Position numbers and translations under genes: made by a program | NCBI GenBank assembly: GCA_031370785.1 | Contig: JANMQY010000042.1 | Coordinates: 1-64,000 of the forward strand | DNA from: Candidatus Eiseniibacteriota bacterium | GTDB taxonomy: Bacteria; Eisenbacteria; RBG-16-71-46 | Direction of reading: 5' to 3' | DNA length: 64,000 nt | In this document: positions 8,668 to 19,061 of the stretch, piece by piece | How positions within the stretch are numbered: position 1 is the first letter of the stretch | Layout of the letters: each line of letters starts with the position of its first letter | Notes under the pieces: generated by a model | Database searches by the model: none | Seen by the model: only the letters and a program-made list of their open reading frames with translations | Told to the model about the DNA's origin: nothing

Positions 8668-11346
8668 TCAGGGCAGCACCGGCGCCGGCGGGCGCGGCAG
8701 CGCGCGCGCCGGAGTGCGACCGGCGCCCTGCTCGGTCTGCAGCATCCCGCGCGCCTGGGTATCGGTCGGATGCCCATCCACCCAGCGTTGGAGATATGAG
8801 AGCGCGCGCTCGCGCTGTCCGCTCTGGAGCAGCGCGTAGTACGCCGCGTAGTACGCCAGGTTGTAGTCCGGATTCAGCTGGATCGCGCGATCGAACTCGC
8901 GCACCGCCGGATCGACCTGGCCGCGATAGAACAGGGTCACACCGAAATAGTAGTGCCCTTCCGGATTGTCCGGGTTCACCGTGGTGAGCCTGCGGAACAA
9001 TTCGACCGCCTTCGCGGTGTCCCCCTGATCCATGTAGAACCCGCCGAGCGGGATCATCACCTCGGTGTAGTCCGGGAACATGCGCGAGACGCGCTCCATC
9101 TCGGCGATCGCGCGATCGAGTTTGCCCTGGCGCCGGTAGAGGAAGGCGAGCTGCAGGTGCGCCGCCGCGTAGTTGCGCGACAGGGTCGCCGCGTTCTCGT
9201 CCTTGTACACCGTGCTGTCCCACGAGCCGTCGGGATTGAACAGGCCGCGATACTTGAACACCTCGTACAGATTGCGGCGGGTGGCCGGCTCGTCGATCTC
9301 GGGACCGGTCGTGTCGGGGTTCACCCGGTACACGAGGCCTTCGAGCGAGAAGTGCTTGTCCAGGCCCATGTGCTCGGGCACGGTCACCGCGAAATATGGC
9401 TGCTTCTTCCAGCCATGGTCCACCCGATCGACGTTGACGATGTGCTCGATCATGTACTGGTTGGTGTAGATCAGGCGCCCGGTCTCGGGGTCCTGCACCG
9501 CGCCGGCTCCGAGCAGTCGCACCTGGTCGTCGCTCAGCTCGATCGGAACCTTCGGCTCGTCATCGCGCAGCTGGCGGATGTACCAGTCGGTATTCAGCAG
9601 ACTCAGGTTCACGACCCGCACGTCCTTGCGCACGCCCTCGACCTGCTGGATGTACCACAGCGGGAACGTGTCGTTGTCGCCGTTGGTGACCACGAAGCTG
9701 TTGGGAGCGAGCGGGGCGAGCATGTCGTACGCATAGTCGTGCGCCACGTAGTTGCCGCGCCGATCGTGCGTGTACCACAGGCTCTTCAGCAGCAGGAATG
9801 GCATGGCCGCGAGCAGCACGAAGGTGGCGCCGGTCGCGGCGCGCTGCTGCCCTCCGGGCGGGAACGAGTCGCGCACCCAGCCGAGCAGCCAGGTCACGCC
9901 GAGGCCGATCAGCAGCGCGAAGGTGTGGTAGCCGGTCGTGAAGAAGTAGTCTCGGTCTCGAACCTCGTGATCGGTGAAGTTGAGGAACGCGATCATCCCG
10001 ACGGTGGCGAATGCGAACAGGCACGCGGTCGCGAGAAACGAGATGCGCTCACGCCTGAACTGCCACAGGAACCCGAACAGGCCGAGCAGCATGGGCAGCA
10101 GGTACTGCCACACCCGGGGCTCTGCCTGCCGTCCGAGCGCTCCATGCAGCCTGGGCGAAGGCATGATCGGCCACTGGCGCTTCCAGTAGCGCCAGAACTC
10201 CTTGTCGAGCTGCGCCGACAGAGGACCGCGCCGCTCGGTCATCTTGCTCTCGCCGTACTGCTTGCGCTCGAGCAGGTAGCGCAGGCTCTCCCAGTTGGAG
10301 GGATCGCCCTCGTTGATCGCCGGATGCTGCGCCGCGCGGATCGGCAGGTAGGCGTGCGTCGAGTAGCCGGCCGCCATCAGGAACAGGGCGAGCGCGATCA
10401 CGCGGCCCTCGCGGGTGCGGCGCGCAAGCGGAATCAGCGGAAGGGCGATCGCGGCGATCGCGAAGGCTCCGGTGCGGAAGTCGAAGTTGGCATCTCCGAA
10501 CGCCGGCACACACGCGATCAGGGCGCACACCGCGCCGGCCGCGACCAGCCACCCATTCACCTTCTTCTGCCAGGCGTACACGCTGAAGGTCGCGGTCGAG
10601 AGCAGCAGCACGATCCCGGCCATGCGCTCGAGGCCCCAGGTCACGCCCAGCACCGAGAGCAGCGGCATCGCAAACACCACTGCCGCCTTGCGGTCGACCA
10701 GCCACACCAGCACCAGCAGCGGCAGACCCATCATGCCGACGCCCAGGTGCAACCCCACGCTCAGCCACATCACGTAGACGCAGACCATCAGGGGGCCCGC
10801 TGTCGGACGCTTCTCGTGCGACTCCCACCAGCGCAGTCCGAGCCAGAACACCAGGATCTGCGCGAGGCTCATCATCGAATAGACCTCGGCCTCGATCCCG
10901 TTCTCCCAGAAGTTGTCCGAGAACGCCAGCATCAGCGCACCGATCACCGCGCCGGCCTGCGCCATCCACTCGCTGCGCAGCGCCGAGCCCGGCCCCTCGC
11001 CCGGAATCGGCGGCACGCCGCTCGGCCCGCGTCCCTGCGCGAGGCGGATCAGGCGCAGGGTGGTCAGGTAGGTGAGCATCACCGCGAGCGCCGAGGCGAT
11101 CGCCGAGAGCGCGTTGACGCGCTGGGCGATCGTCGCCCACGGCACCAGCGTTGCGATCCGGCCGAGCAGGACGTAGAACGGAGTTCCGGGCGGGTGCGGA
11201 ATGCCGAGGATGTAGGAGACCGCGATGAACTCGCCCGAATCCCAGAACGGGACGGTGGGGCTCAAGGTGATCAGGTACACCACGATGGACAGCAGGAACA
11301 ACACGAGGCCGATGACAGGCGTCGCGCGCTTGCCCAGATCGATCAC
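8668..11346 (-). CDS. DUF2723/TMEM260-family GT-C membrane protein with C-terminal TPR repeats
   Basis: WDSGEFI...LGIPHPPGTPFY, EAEVY, RDRDYFF, GDNDTFPLWY; more than 10 TMs; about 4 TPR-like helical repeats at the C-terminus. Confidence 0.85.
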   Translation of the reverse strand: MIDLGKRATPVIGLVLFLLSIVVYLITLSPTVPFWDSGEFIAVSYILGIPHPPGTPFYVLLGRIATLVPWATIAQRVNALSAIASALAVMLTYLTTLRLIRLAQGRGPSGVPPIPGEGPGSALRSEWMAQAGAVIGALMLAFSDNFWENGIEAEVYSMMSLAQILVFWLGLRWWESHEKRPTAGPLMVCVYVMWLSVGLHLGVGMMGLPLLVLVWLVDRKAAVVFAMPLLSVLGVTWGLERMAGIVLLLSTATFSVYAWQKKVNGWLVAAGAVCALIACVPAFGDANFDFRTGAFAIAAIALPLIPLARRTREGRVIALALFLMAAGYSTHAYLPIRAAQHPAINEGDPSNWESLRYLLERKQYGESKMTERRGPLSAQLDKEFWRYWKRQWPIMPSPRLHGALGRQAEPRVWQYLLPMLLGLFGFLWQFRRERISFLATACLFAFATVGMIAFLNFTDHEVRDRDYFFTTGYHTFALLIGLGVTWLLGWVRDSFPPGGQQRAATGATFVLLAAMPFLLLKSLWYTHDRRGNYVAHDYAYDMLAPLAPNSFVVTNGDNDTFPLWYIQQVEGVRKDVRVVNLSLLNTDWYIRQLRDDEPKVPIELSDDQVRLLGAGAVQDPETGRLIYTNQYMIEHIVNVDRVDHGWKKQPYFAVTVPEHMGLDKHFSLEGLVYRVNPDTTGPEIDEPATRRNLYEVFKYRGLFNPDGSWDSTVYKDENAATLSRNYAAAHLQLAFLYRRQGKLDRAIAEMERVSRMFPDYTEVMIPLGGFYMDQGDTAKAVELFRRLTTVNPDNPEGHYYFGVTLFYRGQVDPAVREFDRAIQLNPDYNLAYYAAYYALLQSGQRERALSYLQRWVDGHPTDTQARGMLQTEQGAGRTPARALPRPPAPVLP

Positions 11347-12344
11347 GGATTCCTCCCGAACTGCCTGGCCTCGGCGCGGCGACGCGGGATGCGCGCCAGG
11401 AACACCACGCCTCCGATGAGACTGATCGCTACCGCGACGAGGTACGTGGTGAACTGCAGTGAGAATGCGAGGGTTCGGTTCACACCGACGAGTCCGAACA
11501 GCACGATGCCCGCTCCCTCGCGCAGTCCGATGCCGTTCAACGAGATGGGCAGCGAGACTATCACCGCGAGCAAGGGAACGAAAAGGAAGAAGTAGGTAAT
11601 CGGCAGGTCGAGCCCGAACGAGCGCGCCACCAGCACGTGCACGAAGATGCGCGACACCTGCGTCACCAGCGCGACCACGGCCAGTCGCGCGACCAGCCCG
11701 CGCCGATCCCGGAAGTTAGCCAGGCGCGTGGCCAGCTCGTCGAGATGAGGCTTGAGGCCGCCGAGTCCGACGCGCGCGAGCAGCCGCTCGAGCGCTGGCA
11801 GCAGGCCCGGATGAAACACCGCCCAGACCACGGTCACGCTGAGCGCGAAGAAGCCTACCAGCGCGAAATACAGCACCCTCAGGTGAAAGCGGTCGATCGC
11901 GGGCAGCGTGGTGACGAGCGCGAGCCCGGCCAGCGCGACCGTGCCGATCAGCCGGTCCATGAGCACGGTCGAGACCGCGGCGGCGCGGCTGGGTCCGGCG
12001 CGCGACGCATCGACTACCCGGGCGATGTCGCCACCGATGTTGGCCGGCAGGAAATTGTTGAAGAACAGGCCGACGTGGTAGTACGCGCACACCTTCCAGA
12101 ACGGAAGATGAATGTCGACCGCGTCGAGCAGCCGCGACCACAGATAGGAGCCGAGCACGTTGCTCGCGATCAGCAGCGCCGCGGCCGCGCACAGCCAGCG
12201 CAGATCGGCGTGGCGCAGGGTTTCGCCGACGCTCGCAATCGGGATGCGCCGGAACAACACCGCCATGATCCCCACGCTCAGCAGCACCTTGGCGCCGATC
12301 GCGAGCGCGTGCTTCCAGCCCGGATGGCCGCCGAGCAAGCTCAC
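11343..12344 (-). CDS. Lysylphosphatidylglycerol-synthase TM domain (UPF0104) flippase-like protein
   Basis: FFNNFLPANIGGDIAR, MDRLIG, LPISLNGIGLREG; about 8 TMs. Confidence 0.85.
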   Translation of the reverse strand: MSLLGGHPGWKHALAIGAKVLLSVGIMAVLFRRIPIASVGETLRHADLRWLCAAAALLIASNVLGSYLWSRLLDAVDIHLPFWKVCAYYHVGLFFNNFLPANIGGDIARVVDASRAGPSRAAAVSTVLMDRLIGTVALAGLALVTTLPAIDRFHLRVLYFALVGFFALSVTVVWAVFHPGLLPALERLLARVGLGGLKPHLDELATRLANFRDRRGLVARLAVVALVTQVSRIFVHVLVARSFGLDLPITYFFLFVPLLAVIVSLPISLNGIGLREGAGIVLFGLVGVNRTLAFSLQFTTYLVAVAISLIGGVVFLARIPRRRAEARQFGRNP

Positions 12345-13456
12345 GCCCTCTCCCCGGTGAGCGCGTCCAGCGAGCACCGCGCGCAGTCGTCCCAGCGGAA
12401 TCGCGCCGCCCACTCGATGCCACCGGCGGCGAGCCGCTCGCGCAGCGCCGAGTCCTCGAGCACGCGCACCAGCGCATCGGCGAGCTTCTCGTCGTCGTCA
12501 TTCGGAACCAGCAGTCCGGTCTTCCCATCGCGCACCGAATCGCGAAGCCCGGGACTGTTCGCGGCGACCACCGCGCTACCGCACGCGCCGGCCTCGATCA
12601 CGGTGAGCCCCCACCCTTCCTTCGGAGAGGGCTGCACCACGACCCAGGCCTCCTGCATGCGTCGCACCTTTTCGTGCGCAGGCAGATAGCCGAGGAACTC
12701 GACCGCGTTGAACAGTCCGTAGCGCGCGGCTTCGAGCCTGAGCTCAGGCAGGAATGGACCGTCGCCCACGATCTGCAGGCGCGCATCGGGCACGCGGCGC
12801 AGCACCTTGGGCAGCACGCGCATCACCCAGTCGATGCCCTTGTAGCGCCGCACCCGGCCGACGTACAGGATCGTCGGTCGCGCGCTCTTCGTGACCGCCG
12901 TCTCGACGCGATAGGTGGCGTGGTCCATGCCGCAGTGCACCACGTGAATGCGCGCCGGGTCGACGCCGCGGCGCGCCAGGTCGTCGCGCGTGCTCTCGCT
13001 GATGACGAGGAAGCGTGATTTCCGGTAGGCGAACGGAATGAGCGCCTCGAGCGCCACGACGTAGAGCGCGATCGGGGGCGGCGCCTCGCGGAAGGCGGTC
13101 GCGCCGAACAGATGCGGGATGATCGCCGCGACCGGAGAGCGCGCGAACCGGGGCGTGAAGCACGGCACCTTGTTGATGTCCTCGACCACCAGGTCGGGCG
13201 CCGGATTCGCGAACTCGCGCCGGAGCACACCGGGCACGACCAGGTTGAAGTTCCACCAGTTGCCGCGACGCGCGATGCGCATGCCGCGGTGCTCGTCGTC
13301 GGCCTTGCCGCCGGGGAATCCGCTCGCGAGCCAGGTCACACGCCAGCCACGGCGCACCGCTTCGAGCAGGATTTCCTCGAGGTGCAGCTCGGCGCCGCCC
13401 GTCTCAGGATGCGCCGGGTCGCGGAAGTTGACGGCCAGCAGGTGGCGGCCGCTCAC
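12341..13456 (-). CDS. GT4 family glycosyltransferase
   Basis: RDPAHPETGGAE, YVGRVRRYKG, SPKEGWGLTVIEA. Confidence 0.9.
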   Translation of the reverse strand: MSGRHLLAVNFRDPAHPETGGAELHLEEILLEAVRRGWRVTWLASGFPGGKADDEHRGMRIARRGNWWNFNLVVPGVLRREFANPAPDLVVEDINKVPCFTPRFARSPVAAIIPHLFGATAFREAPPPIALYVVALEALIPFAYRKSRFLVISESTRDDLARRGVDPARIHVVHCGMDHATYRVETAVTKSARPTILYVGRVRRYKGIDWVMRVLPKVLRRVPDARLQIVGDGPFLPELRLEAARYGLFNAVEFLGYLPAHEKVRRMQEAWVVVQPSPKEGWGLTVIEAGACGSAVVAANSPGLRDSVRDGKTGLLVPNDDDEKLADALVRVLEDSALRERLAAGGIEWAARFRWDDCARCSLDALTGERA

Positions 13457-14241
13457 GGCTTCTCGCCCACCGTACCGATCACGTGACTCAGGTAGAGCCC
13501 CGGGCGCGTCGCGAGCAGCCGCGCGCGCGCCGACTCCCACCCTTTCGCCCACCACGCCGGACCCGCGGGGTCGAGCGGCAGCGCGCGTCCGGTCGCGCGC
13601 TTGAGCACTTCGCGCGTCGCGCGGTACCACAGACCGGGCACCATGAACTCGCCGTAGGTGCGCTTGACGCGCAGGCCGGCCGCGGTGCACAGGCCCTCGA
13701 GCCGGGCCGGCGTGAACTGCGTCTCCCATCCCGCGAACCAGGCGTCGAACAGGATCAGCGCGTTCTTCATCACCGTGTAGAGATGAAAGGTCTGCGGCAC
13801 ATCCACCACCACGCGCCCGCCCGAGCACGTGACCCGCGCATTCTCGCGCAGCAGGGGCAGCGGATCGCGGAAATGTTCGAGCAGTCCCTGGTGGAAGACG
13901 ACATCGAGCGATCCGTCGCGGAACGGCATGGTCAGCCCATCCGCGCGCACCAGGTGCACCGGCAGGTTCTGCTCGCGCGCCTGGCGCCGCACCAGCTCGA
14001 GCGAGGTGGGCGAATAGTCGAGCACGAACCCGATCGCTCCCTCGCGCGCCAGCGCGAGCAGATCGCGCCCCGAGCCCGCCCCGACTTCGAGCACGCGCCT
14101 GCCCCGCACTCCTCCGTCGGCGAGTATCTCGCGCGCCAGCCGTCCACCGGTCGAATAGGTCCGGTCGAGGTCCGCATGGCCGCGCCAGTAGGACTCCCAG
14201 TGCGCGAGCGTGGAAGCGCGCTTCGGTGCGGCATCGCTCAT
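13453..14241 (-). CDS. Class I SAM-dependent methyltransferase
   Basis: VLEVGAGSG, MPFRDGSLDVVFHQGLLEHF. Confidence 0.85.
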   Translation of the reverse strand: MSDAAPKRASTLAHWESYWRGHADLDRTYSTGGRLAREILADGGVRGRRVLEVGAGSGRDLLALAREGAIGFVLDYSPTSLELVRRQAREQNLPVHLVRADGLTMPFRDGSLDVVFHQGLLEHFRDPLPLLRENARVTCSGGRVVVDVPQTFHLYTVMKNALILFDAWFAGWETQFTPARLEGLCTAAGLRVKRTYGEFMVPGLWYRATREVLKRATGRALPLDPAGPAWWAKGWESARARLLATRPGLYLSHVIGTVGEKP

Positions 14242-14254
14242 CGAGCGCTCCCCC

Positions 14255-14980
14255 TCATTCGCCCCACCGCAGGCGCTCGGCCAGGAACGGCGGCAGCCCG
14301 GCCTCCTGGATGCGGCGCATCGCGCGATCGATGTCATAGGCGACGCGAACGTGGCTCAGCACGTGCTCGTCGTCGTCCCACAGCAGGTAGGCGGCGCGCG
14401 GATCGCCGTCGCGCGGCTGACCGACGCTGCCCACGTTCACCAGATAGCGCCGCTTCTTCTCGAGCTTGAGCTCGGTGGCGCGGGTGTACTGCGCGCGGTT
14501 GCCGTCGCTCTCGAATGCACCCGGATAGTGCGAGTGTCCGATCAGGCATAGAGGTTCCTCGAAGCTCGAGAACTCGAGCTCGGCGTCGTGCGGCGAGAGC
14601 ACGTAGTGCCACTCCTCGGGCTGCGCGGGCGAGGCATGAACCAGCCGCGCGCCGCGCCATGAGGCGGTGTACGGCAGGCTCTCGAGGTAGGTGCGCGTCT
14701 CCGGGCTCAGCGTGCTGTCGGTCCAGCGCGCCGCCGAGGCGGCATCGGTGTTGAAGCCTCCGAGTCGCAGCTTGCCGATCGCCGCCAGGTCGTGATTGCC
14801 CGCGATCGCGACCTCGCAGCGCGAACGCAGCAGCGCGACGCACTCGTTGGGCGATGCGCCGTAGCCCACGAAGTCGCCGAGGCACGCGAGCGCGGCGGGG
14901 CGGTGGCGATCGAGATCGGCGAGTACGGCCTCGAGCGCTTCCAGGTTTCCGTGAACGTCCGAGAGCACGGCGAGCAGCAT
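14255..14980 (-). CDS. Calcineurin-like metallophosphoesterase
   Basis: SDVHGN, LGDFVGYG, GNHD, HAS, GHSH, NVGSVGQPRD. Confidence 0.9.
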   Translation of the reverse strand: MLLAVLSDVHGNLEALEAVLADLDRHRPAALACLGDFVGYGASPNECVALLRSRCEVAIAGNHDLAAIGKLRLGGFNTDAASAARWTDSTLSPETRTYLESLPYTASWRGARLVHASPAQPEEWHYVLSPHDAELEFSSFEEPLCLIGHSHYPGAFESDGNRAQYTRATELKLEKKRRYLVNVGSVGQPRDGDPRAAYLLWDDDEHVLSHVRVAYDIDRAMRRIQEAGLPPFLAERLRWGE

Positions 14981-15411
14981 CAGAGCTCCCCGGGACGCAG
15001 TCGTCGCGCCACGCGATCGAGCACGCCGTTGACGAAGCGGCCCGACTCCTCGGAGCCATAGCGCTTGGCGATCTCGATCGCCTCGTCCAGCACCACGCGC
15101 GCCGGCGTGCCGCCGCGCACCATCAGCTCGGCGATCGCCGAGCGCAGCACCGAGCGATCGGTGGCGGCGAGCCGCACGATCGGCCAGTGCTCGGCCGCCT
15201 GCTGCAGCGCCTCGTCGACTTCGGCGGCGCGCGTCGCCAGCACCCCCACCACGTCACCGACCAGCTCGACCTGATCGTCGCTCAGGGTCTCCTCCTCGCG
15301 CAGCGCGGTCCACACCTCCCGGTACGCATCGCCGGTCAGGTCGGCCTGGTAGGCGATGCGGAACGCCAGCTCGCGAGCTCGCCGCCGCGCCGAGTCGAGG
15401 CCGTGGCTCAT
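14980..15411 (-). CDS. nusB: Transcription antitermination factor NusB
   Basis: RRRARELA, EAIEIAKRY, FVNGVLD; follows ribH. Confidence 0.95.
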   Translation of the reverse strand: MSHGLDSARRRARELAFRIAYQADLTGDAYREVWTALREEETLSDDQVELVGDVVGVLATRAAEVDEALQQAAEHWPIVRLAATDRSVLRSAIAELMVRGGTPARVVLDEAIEIAKRYGSEESGRFVNGVLDRVARRLRPGEL

Positions 15412-15905
15412 CGCGTCCCCAGCGTGCGCCGCAGGCGCGCCATCGCGATCGCGGCCAGCGCGATCTCGGCGCCGCGATTGCCGAACGCGCCACCGGTACG
15501 GGCCGCGGCTTGTTCAGCGTCGAACACCGCAAGCACGCCGTTGAGCACCGGCACGCCGGTGTCGAGCGCCACGCGCGCGATGCCGCTCGCGCTGGAGTCC
15601 GCCACCAGGCGGAAGTGATCGGTCTCTCCGCGGATGACCGTACCGAACGCGAGCACCGCATCGAAGCGCCCGGTCTCGGCGGCCCAGCGGCACGCCAGCG
15701 GCAGCTCCAGCGCACCGGGCACGCGGAATATCTCGATCGCCTCAGGAGCAGCGCCACGGCGGCGGAGCACCTCGAGCGCCGCGTCGAGCATGCGCGTCAC
15801 GTACGCCTCGTTGAAGCGCGCGCCGACCAGCGCGAAGCGCAGGCCGGAGCCATCCGCGGCGTCGGGTGCGTCGGCGGGCGTGGGAGGCGTGGGAGGCGCC
15901 ATCAT
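15408..15905 (-). CDS. ribH: 6,7-dimethyl-8-ribityllumazine synthase
   Basis: [32 protein letters not shown] overlap with the ribBA stop. Confidence 0.95.
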   Translation of the reverse strand: MMAPPTPPTPADAPDAADGSGLRFALVGARFNEAYVTRMLDAALEVLRRRGAAPEAIEIFRVPGALELPLACRWAAETGRFDAVLAFGTVIRGETDHFRLVADSSASGIARVALDTGVPVLNGVLAVFDAEQAAARTGGAFGNRGAEIALAAIAMARLRRTLGTR

Positions 15906-17275
15906 GTCTCCCCGAGCTTGAGGTCGAGCAGGTGCCCGAGCTTGTCGCGCTTGGTCGCGAGATAGCGACGGTTGTGGCGTGTCGGGGGCAGCGCGATCGG
16001 CGCACGCTTGGAGATGTGCAGCCCGTACGCCTCCAGCCCGACGATCTTGCGCGGATTGTTGGTGAGCAGCTCGATGTCGCGCACCCCGAGGTCGCGCAGG
16101 ATCTGGGCCCCGATCCCGTAGTCGCGCAAGTCGGCCGGGAATCCCAGCCGGACGTTGGCCTCGACCGTGTCGAGTCCCCGGTCCTGCAGCGCGTACGCGC
16201 GCAGCTTGTTCGCAAGCCCGATTCCGCGTCCTTCCTGGCGCAGGTACAGGAACACCCCGCGCCCGCGCTTGGTGATGGCGCGCAACGCGGCGTGCATCTG
16301 CGGCCCGCAGTCGCAGCGCTGCGAGCCGAACACGTCGCCAGTCAGGCACTGGGAGTGAACGCGCACCAGCACCGGCCCGCCGCTCTTCACGTTGCCGCGC
16401 ACCAGCGCGATGTGGTGGTCGCCCTCGAGCTTGCTCTCGTAGAGATGCATCTGGAACAGGCCCTCGGGCGTCGGCAGCGGCACCGACACCACGCGCTCGA
16501 CCAACACGTCGCGCCGGCGACGGTATGCGATCAGGTCGTGGATGGTCAGGATCCCCAGGCCGTGCGCGAGCGCCATGCGCTCGAGCTCGGGCAGTCGCGC
16601 CATGCGTCCGTCCTCGGACAGAATCTCGCACACCGCCGCGACCGGCTTGAGGCCGGCGAGCACGCACAGATCGGGCGCGGCCTCGGTGTGTCCGGCGCGG
16701 CGCAGCGTGCCGCCGGGCACCGCGCGCAACGGGAAGATGTGGCCGGGCCGCACCAGATCCTCGGAGCGCGTGGACGGCCGCGCCAGCGCGCGCAGCGTCC
16801 TCGCGCGGTCGAACGCCGAAGTGCCGGTCGTGGTGCCCCGGCGCGCGTCCACCGATTCGGTGAACGGGGTTCCGAACTTGGCGGTGTTGTGGCGCACCAT
16901 CAGCTTGAGGCCGAGCCGGTCGGCCACTTCGGGCGCCATCGGAGCGCACAGAATGCCGCGGCCGTACTTGACCGCGAAGTTGACCATCTGCGGCGTCGCC
17001 TTCTCGGCCGCGAACGCGAGGTCGCCCTCGTTCTCGCGATGCGCATCGTCCACCAGGATGACCATCCCGCCGGCGCGAATGCGCGCGACCGCCTGCTCCA
17101 CGGTCAGACGCACCCCGCTGGCCACGCGATCCGCGCGCGGCGCACGCGGACTCTGGGGTCCCGACGCCGCCGTGCGACGCGCGGGTGGCGAATCACGCAG
17201 CGCCGGCGCCCTCACCCGCCGGGTCCGGCGGGCGCCGGAAGCGGCGCGTGCCTTTGCACTTCGAGTTCCCTTCAC
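15902..17275 (-). CDS. ribBA: Bifunctional DHBP synthase / GTP cyclohydrolase II
   Basis: [49 protein letters not shown]; start inferred from the GTGA overlap and GGAGGAG RBS. Confidence 0.95.
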   Translation of the reverse strand: MKGTRSAKARAASGARRTRRVRAPALRDSPPARRTAASGPQSPRAPRADRVASGVRLTVEQAVARIRAGGMVILVDDAHRENEGDLAFAAEKATPQMVNFAVKYGRGILCAPMAPEVADRLGLKLMVRHNTAKFGTPFTESVDARRGTTTGTSAFDRARTLRALARPSTRSEDLVRPGHIFPLRAVPGGTLRRAGHTEAAPDLCVLAGLKPVAAVCEILSEDGRMARLPELERMALAHGLGILTIHDLIAYRRRRDVLVERVVSVPLPTPEGLFQMHLYESKLEGDHHIALVRGNVKSGGPVLVRVHSQCLTGDVFGSQRCDCGPQMHAALRAITKRGRGVFLYLRQEGRGIGLANKLRAYALQDRGLDTVEANVRLGFPADLRDYGIGAQILRDLGVRDIELLTNNPRKIVGLEAYGLHISKRAPIALPPTRHNRRYLATKRDKLGHLLDLKLGET

Positions 17276-17883
17276 GTGCTCCTCCCCATGACGCCGGTGG
17301 CGTCGAGCAGACGCGCGAGGTAGCGCGCGATCAGATCCACTTCGAGATTCACCGGGCGGCCGGCGGCATAGGCGCCCGCGGTGGTTGCGGTCAGCGTGTG
17401 CGGAATGTAGGCGATCTCGCAACCCTCGAGGGTGAGCCGCGCCACGGTCAGGCTCACGCCGTCGACCGCGAGCGAGCCCTTTTCGGCCACGTAACGCCGC
17501 AGCGCTTCGGGTACGACCAGGCTCAGCCGTCGCCCTTCGCCCTCGGGCTCGAAGCTGCGCACTTCGCCGACACCATCCACGTGGCCCTGCACCAGGTGCC
17601 CGCCCATGCGCTCGCCGAGCACGAGCGCGCGTTCGAGATTGAGCGGATCGCCAGCGCGGCGCGCACCAAGCGTGGTGCGCGCCAGCGTCTCCGGCACCGC
17701 CTCGACCGCGAAGCGCCGCGGCTCGATCGCGATCGCGGTCAGGCAGCAACCGTCGCAGTTGATGCTGTCGCCCACCCGCGCGCCCTCGAGCACCCGCGTG
17801 GCACCGATCCACAGCCGGCGGTCCGCGCCGCGCTCTTCGATCGCGTCGATCCGGCCCAGCTCTTCGATGAGTCCAGTGAACAT
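17272..17883 (-). CDS. ribE: Riboflavin synthase (alpha chain)
   Basis: MFTGLIE N-terminus, [23 protein letters not shown]. Confidence 0.95.
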   Translation of the reverse strand: MFTGLIEELGRIDAIEERGADRRLWIGATRVLEGARVGDSINCDGCCLTAIAIEPRRFAVEAVPETLARTTLGARRAGDPLNLERALVLGERMGGHLVQGHVDGVGEVRSFEPEGEGRRLSLVVPEALRRYVAEKGSLAVDGVSLTVARLTLEGCEIAYIPHTLTATTAGAYAAGRPVNLEVDLIARYLARLLDATGVMGRST

Positions 17884-17888
17884 GGCGC

Positions 17889-18986
17889 TCACACCTCCGC
17901 GATCAGGAGCGCATCGTCGCCGACCCGCTCCTGATGAGCGACTCGCACCCGCCGCGCACCCGCGAGGCCGCGCTTCCCAAGCGGACCGAGCCATGCGCGG
18001 CCCTCGCCGAGCAGCAGCGGCGCGATGAACAGCGCGAGCTGATCCACCAGGCCCGATTGGAGCCAGGCGGTGCCGAGCGTCGAACCGGACTCGAGCAGGA
18101 CGTCGTGGCAGCCCTCGTCGGCCAGCCGTTTCGCCAGCGCGCGCGGCGCCACTCCACCCTGTTGCTCGGGAAACACCCACACCGTGACGCCGCGGGCCTC
18201 GAGCGCGCGGCGGCGCGCGGCGCTCGACCTGACGCTGCACGCCACCACCGTGCCGCGCGCGAGCGGCGCGCGGAACAGGCGCAGGCGAAGCGGCAGCTCG
18301 AGCCGGGTATCACACACCACGCGCAGCGGCTGCAGGCGCGCCCGCGCCGTCCGCGCGGTCAGCCTCGGGTCGTCGGCCCGCGCGGTGCCGGCCCCGATCA
18401 CGATCGCATCGCTCTGGGCGCGCATCCGGTGCACGCGCATCCGGGCGCCGGGGCCCGTGATCCAGCGCGAGCGCCCGCGAGAATCGGCGATCCGGCCATC
18501 GAGCGTGGTCGCGAGCTTCCAGGTGACCCGCGGGCGTCGCTCCACGTGCGTGAGCACGTAGCCGGCGAGCGCCGAGCGCGCCTCGGCGGCGCACACCCCG
18601 AGATCCACCCTCACCCCGGCCGCGCGCAGCTTGCGCAGCCCGCGCCCATTCACAATCGGGTTCGGATCCCGCATCGCCACCACGCAGCGCCGCACTCCGG
18701 CCGCCATGATCGCGTCCACGCAGGGCGGGGTGCGGCCGAAGTGGGCGCAGGGCTCGAGCGTCACGTAGAGCGTGGCACCACGCGCGCGCGCGCCGGCACG
18801 CTGCAGCGCCGCGCGTTCGGCGTGGTCCTTCCCCGCCGCGCGATGCCAGCCCTCACCCACGATCCGGCCCGCGCGCACCAGCACCGCGCCGACGATCGGA
18901 TTCGGGCGCGTGGCGCCGCGCCCGCGCTCGGCAAGGCGCAGCGCGCGCAGCATGAAACGCAGGTCGGGCTCGGACGCGTCGCTCAT
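17889..18986 (-). CDS. ribD: Riboflavin biosynthesis deaminase/reductase
   Basis: [36 protein letters not shown]. Confidence 0.95.
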   Translation of the reverse strand: MSDASEPDLRFMLRALRLAERGRGATRPNPIVGAVLVRAGRIVGEGWHRAAGKDHAERAALQRAGARARGATLYVTLEPCAHFGRTPPCVDAIMAAGVRRCVVAMRDPNPIVNGRGLRKLRAAGVRVDLGVCAAEARSALAGYVLTHVERRPRVTWKLATTLDGRIADSRGRSRWITGPGARMRVHRMRAQSDAIVIGAGTARADDPRLTARTARARLQPLRVVCDTRLELPLRLRLFRAPLARGTVVACSVRSSAARRRALEARGVTVWVFPEQQGGVAPRALAKRLADEGCHDVLLESGSTLGTAWLQSGLVDQLALFIAPLLLGEGRAWLGPLGKRGLAGARRVRVAHQERVGDDALLIAEV

Positions 18987-18993
18987 ATCCTCT

Positions 18994-19025
18994 AACGAAA
19001 TAGCCCCGTGGGAATCCCACGGGGC
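18994..19025 (-). terminator. Intrinsic terminator of the FMN riboswitch expression platform
   Basis: GCCCCGTGGG-ATT-CCCACGGGGC hairpin followed by TATTTCGTT, just upstream of the ribD RBS. Confidence 0.75.
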
Positions 19026-19061
19026 GGATGACGGGCGCGCGAGCGGGCATGGCCCGGCCCC

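Noticed and set aside
8953..11595. 880-aa plus-strand ORF, and similar long antisense ORFs at 22103-24085, 25573-28023 and 56223-58001
   Set aside because: Antisense shadows of well-supported genes; high GC suppresses stop codons and the translations have no motifs
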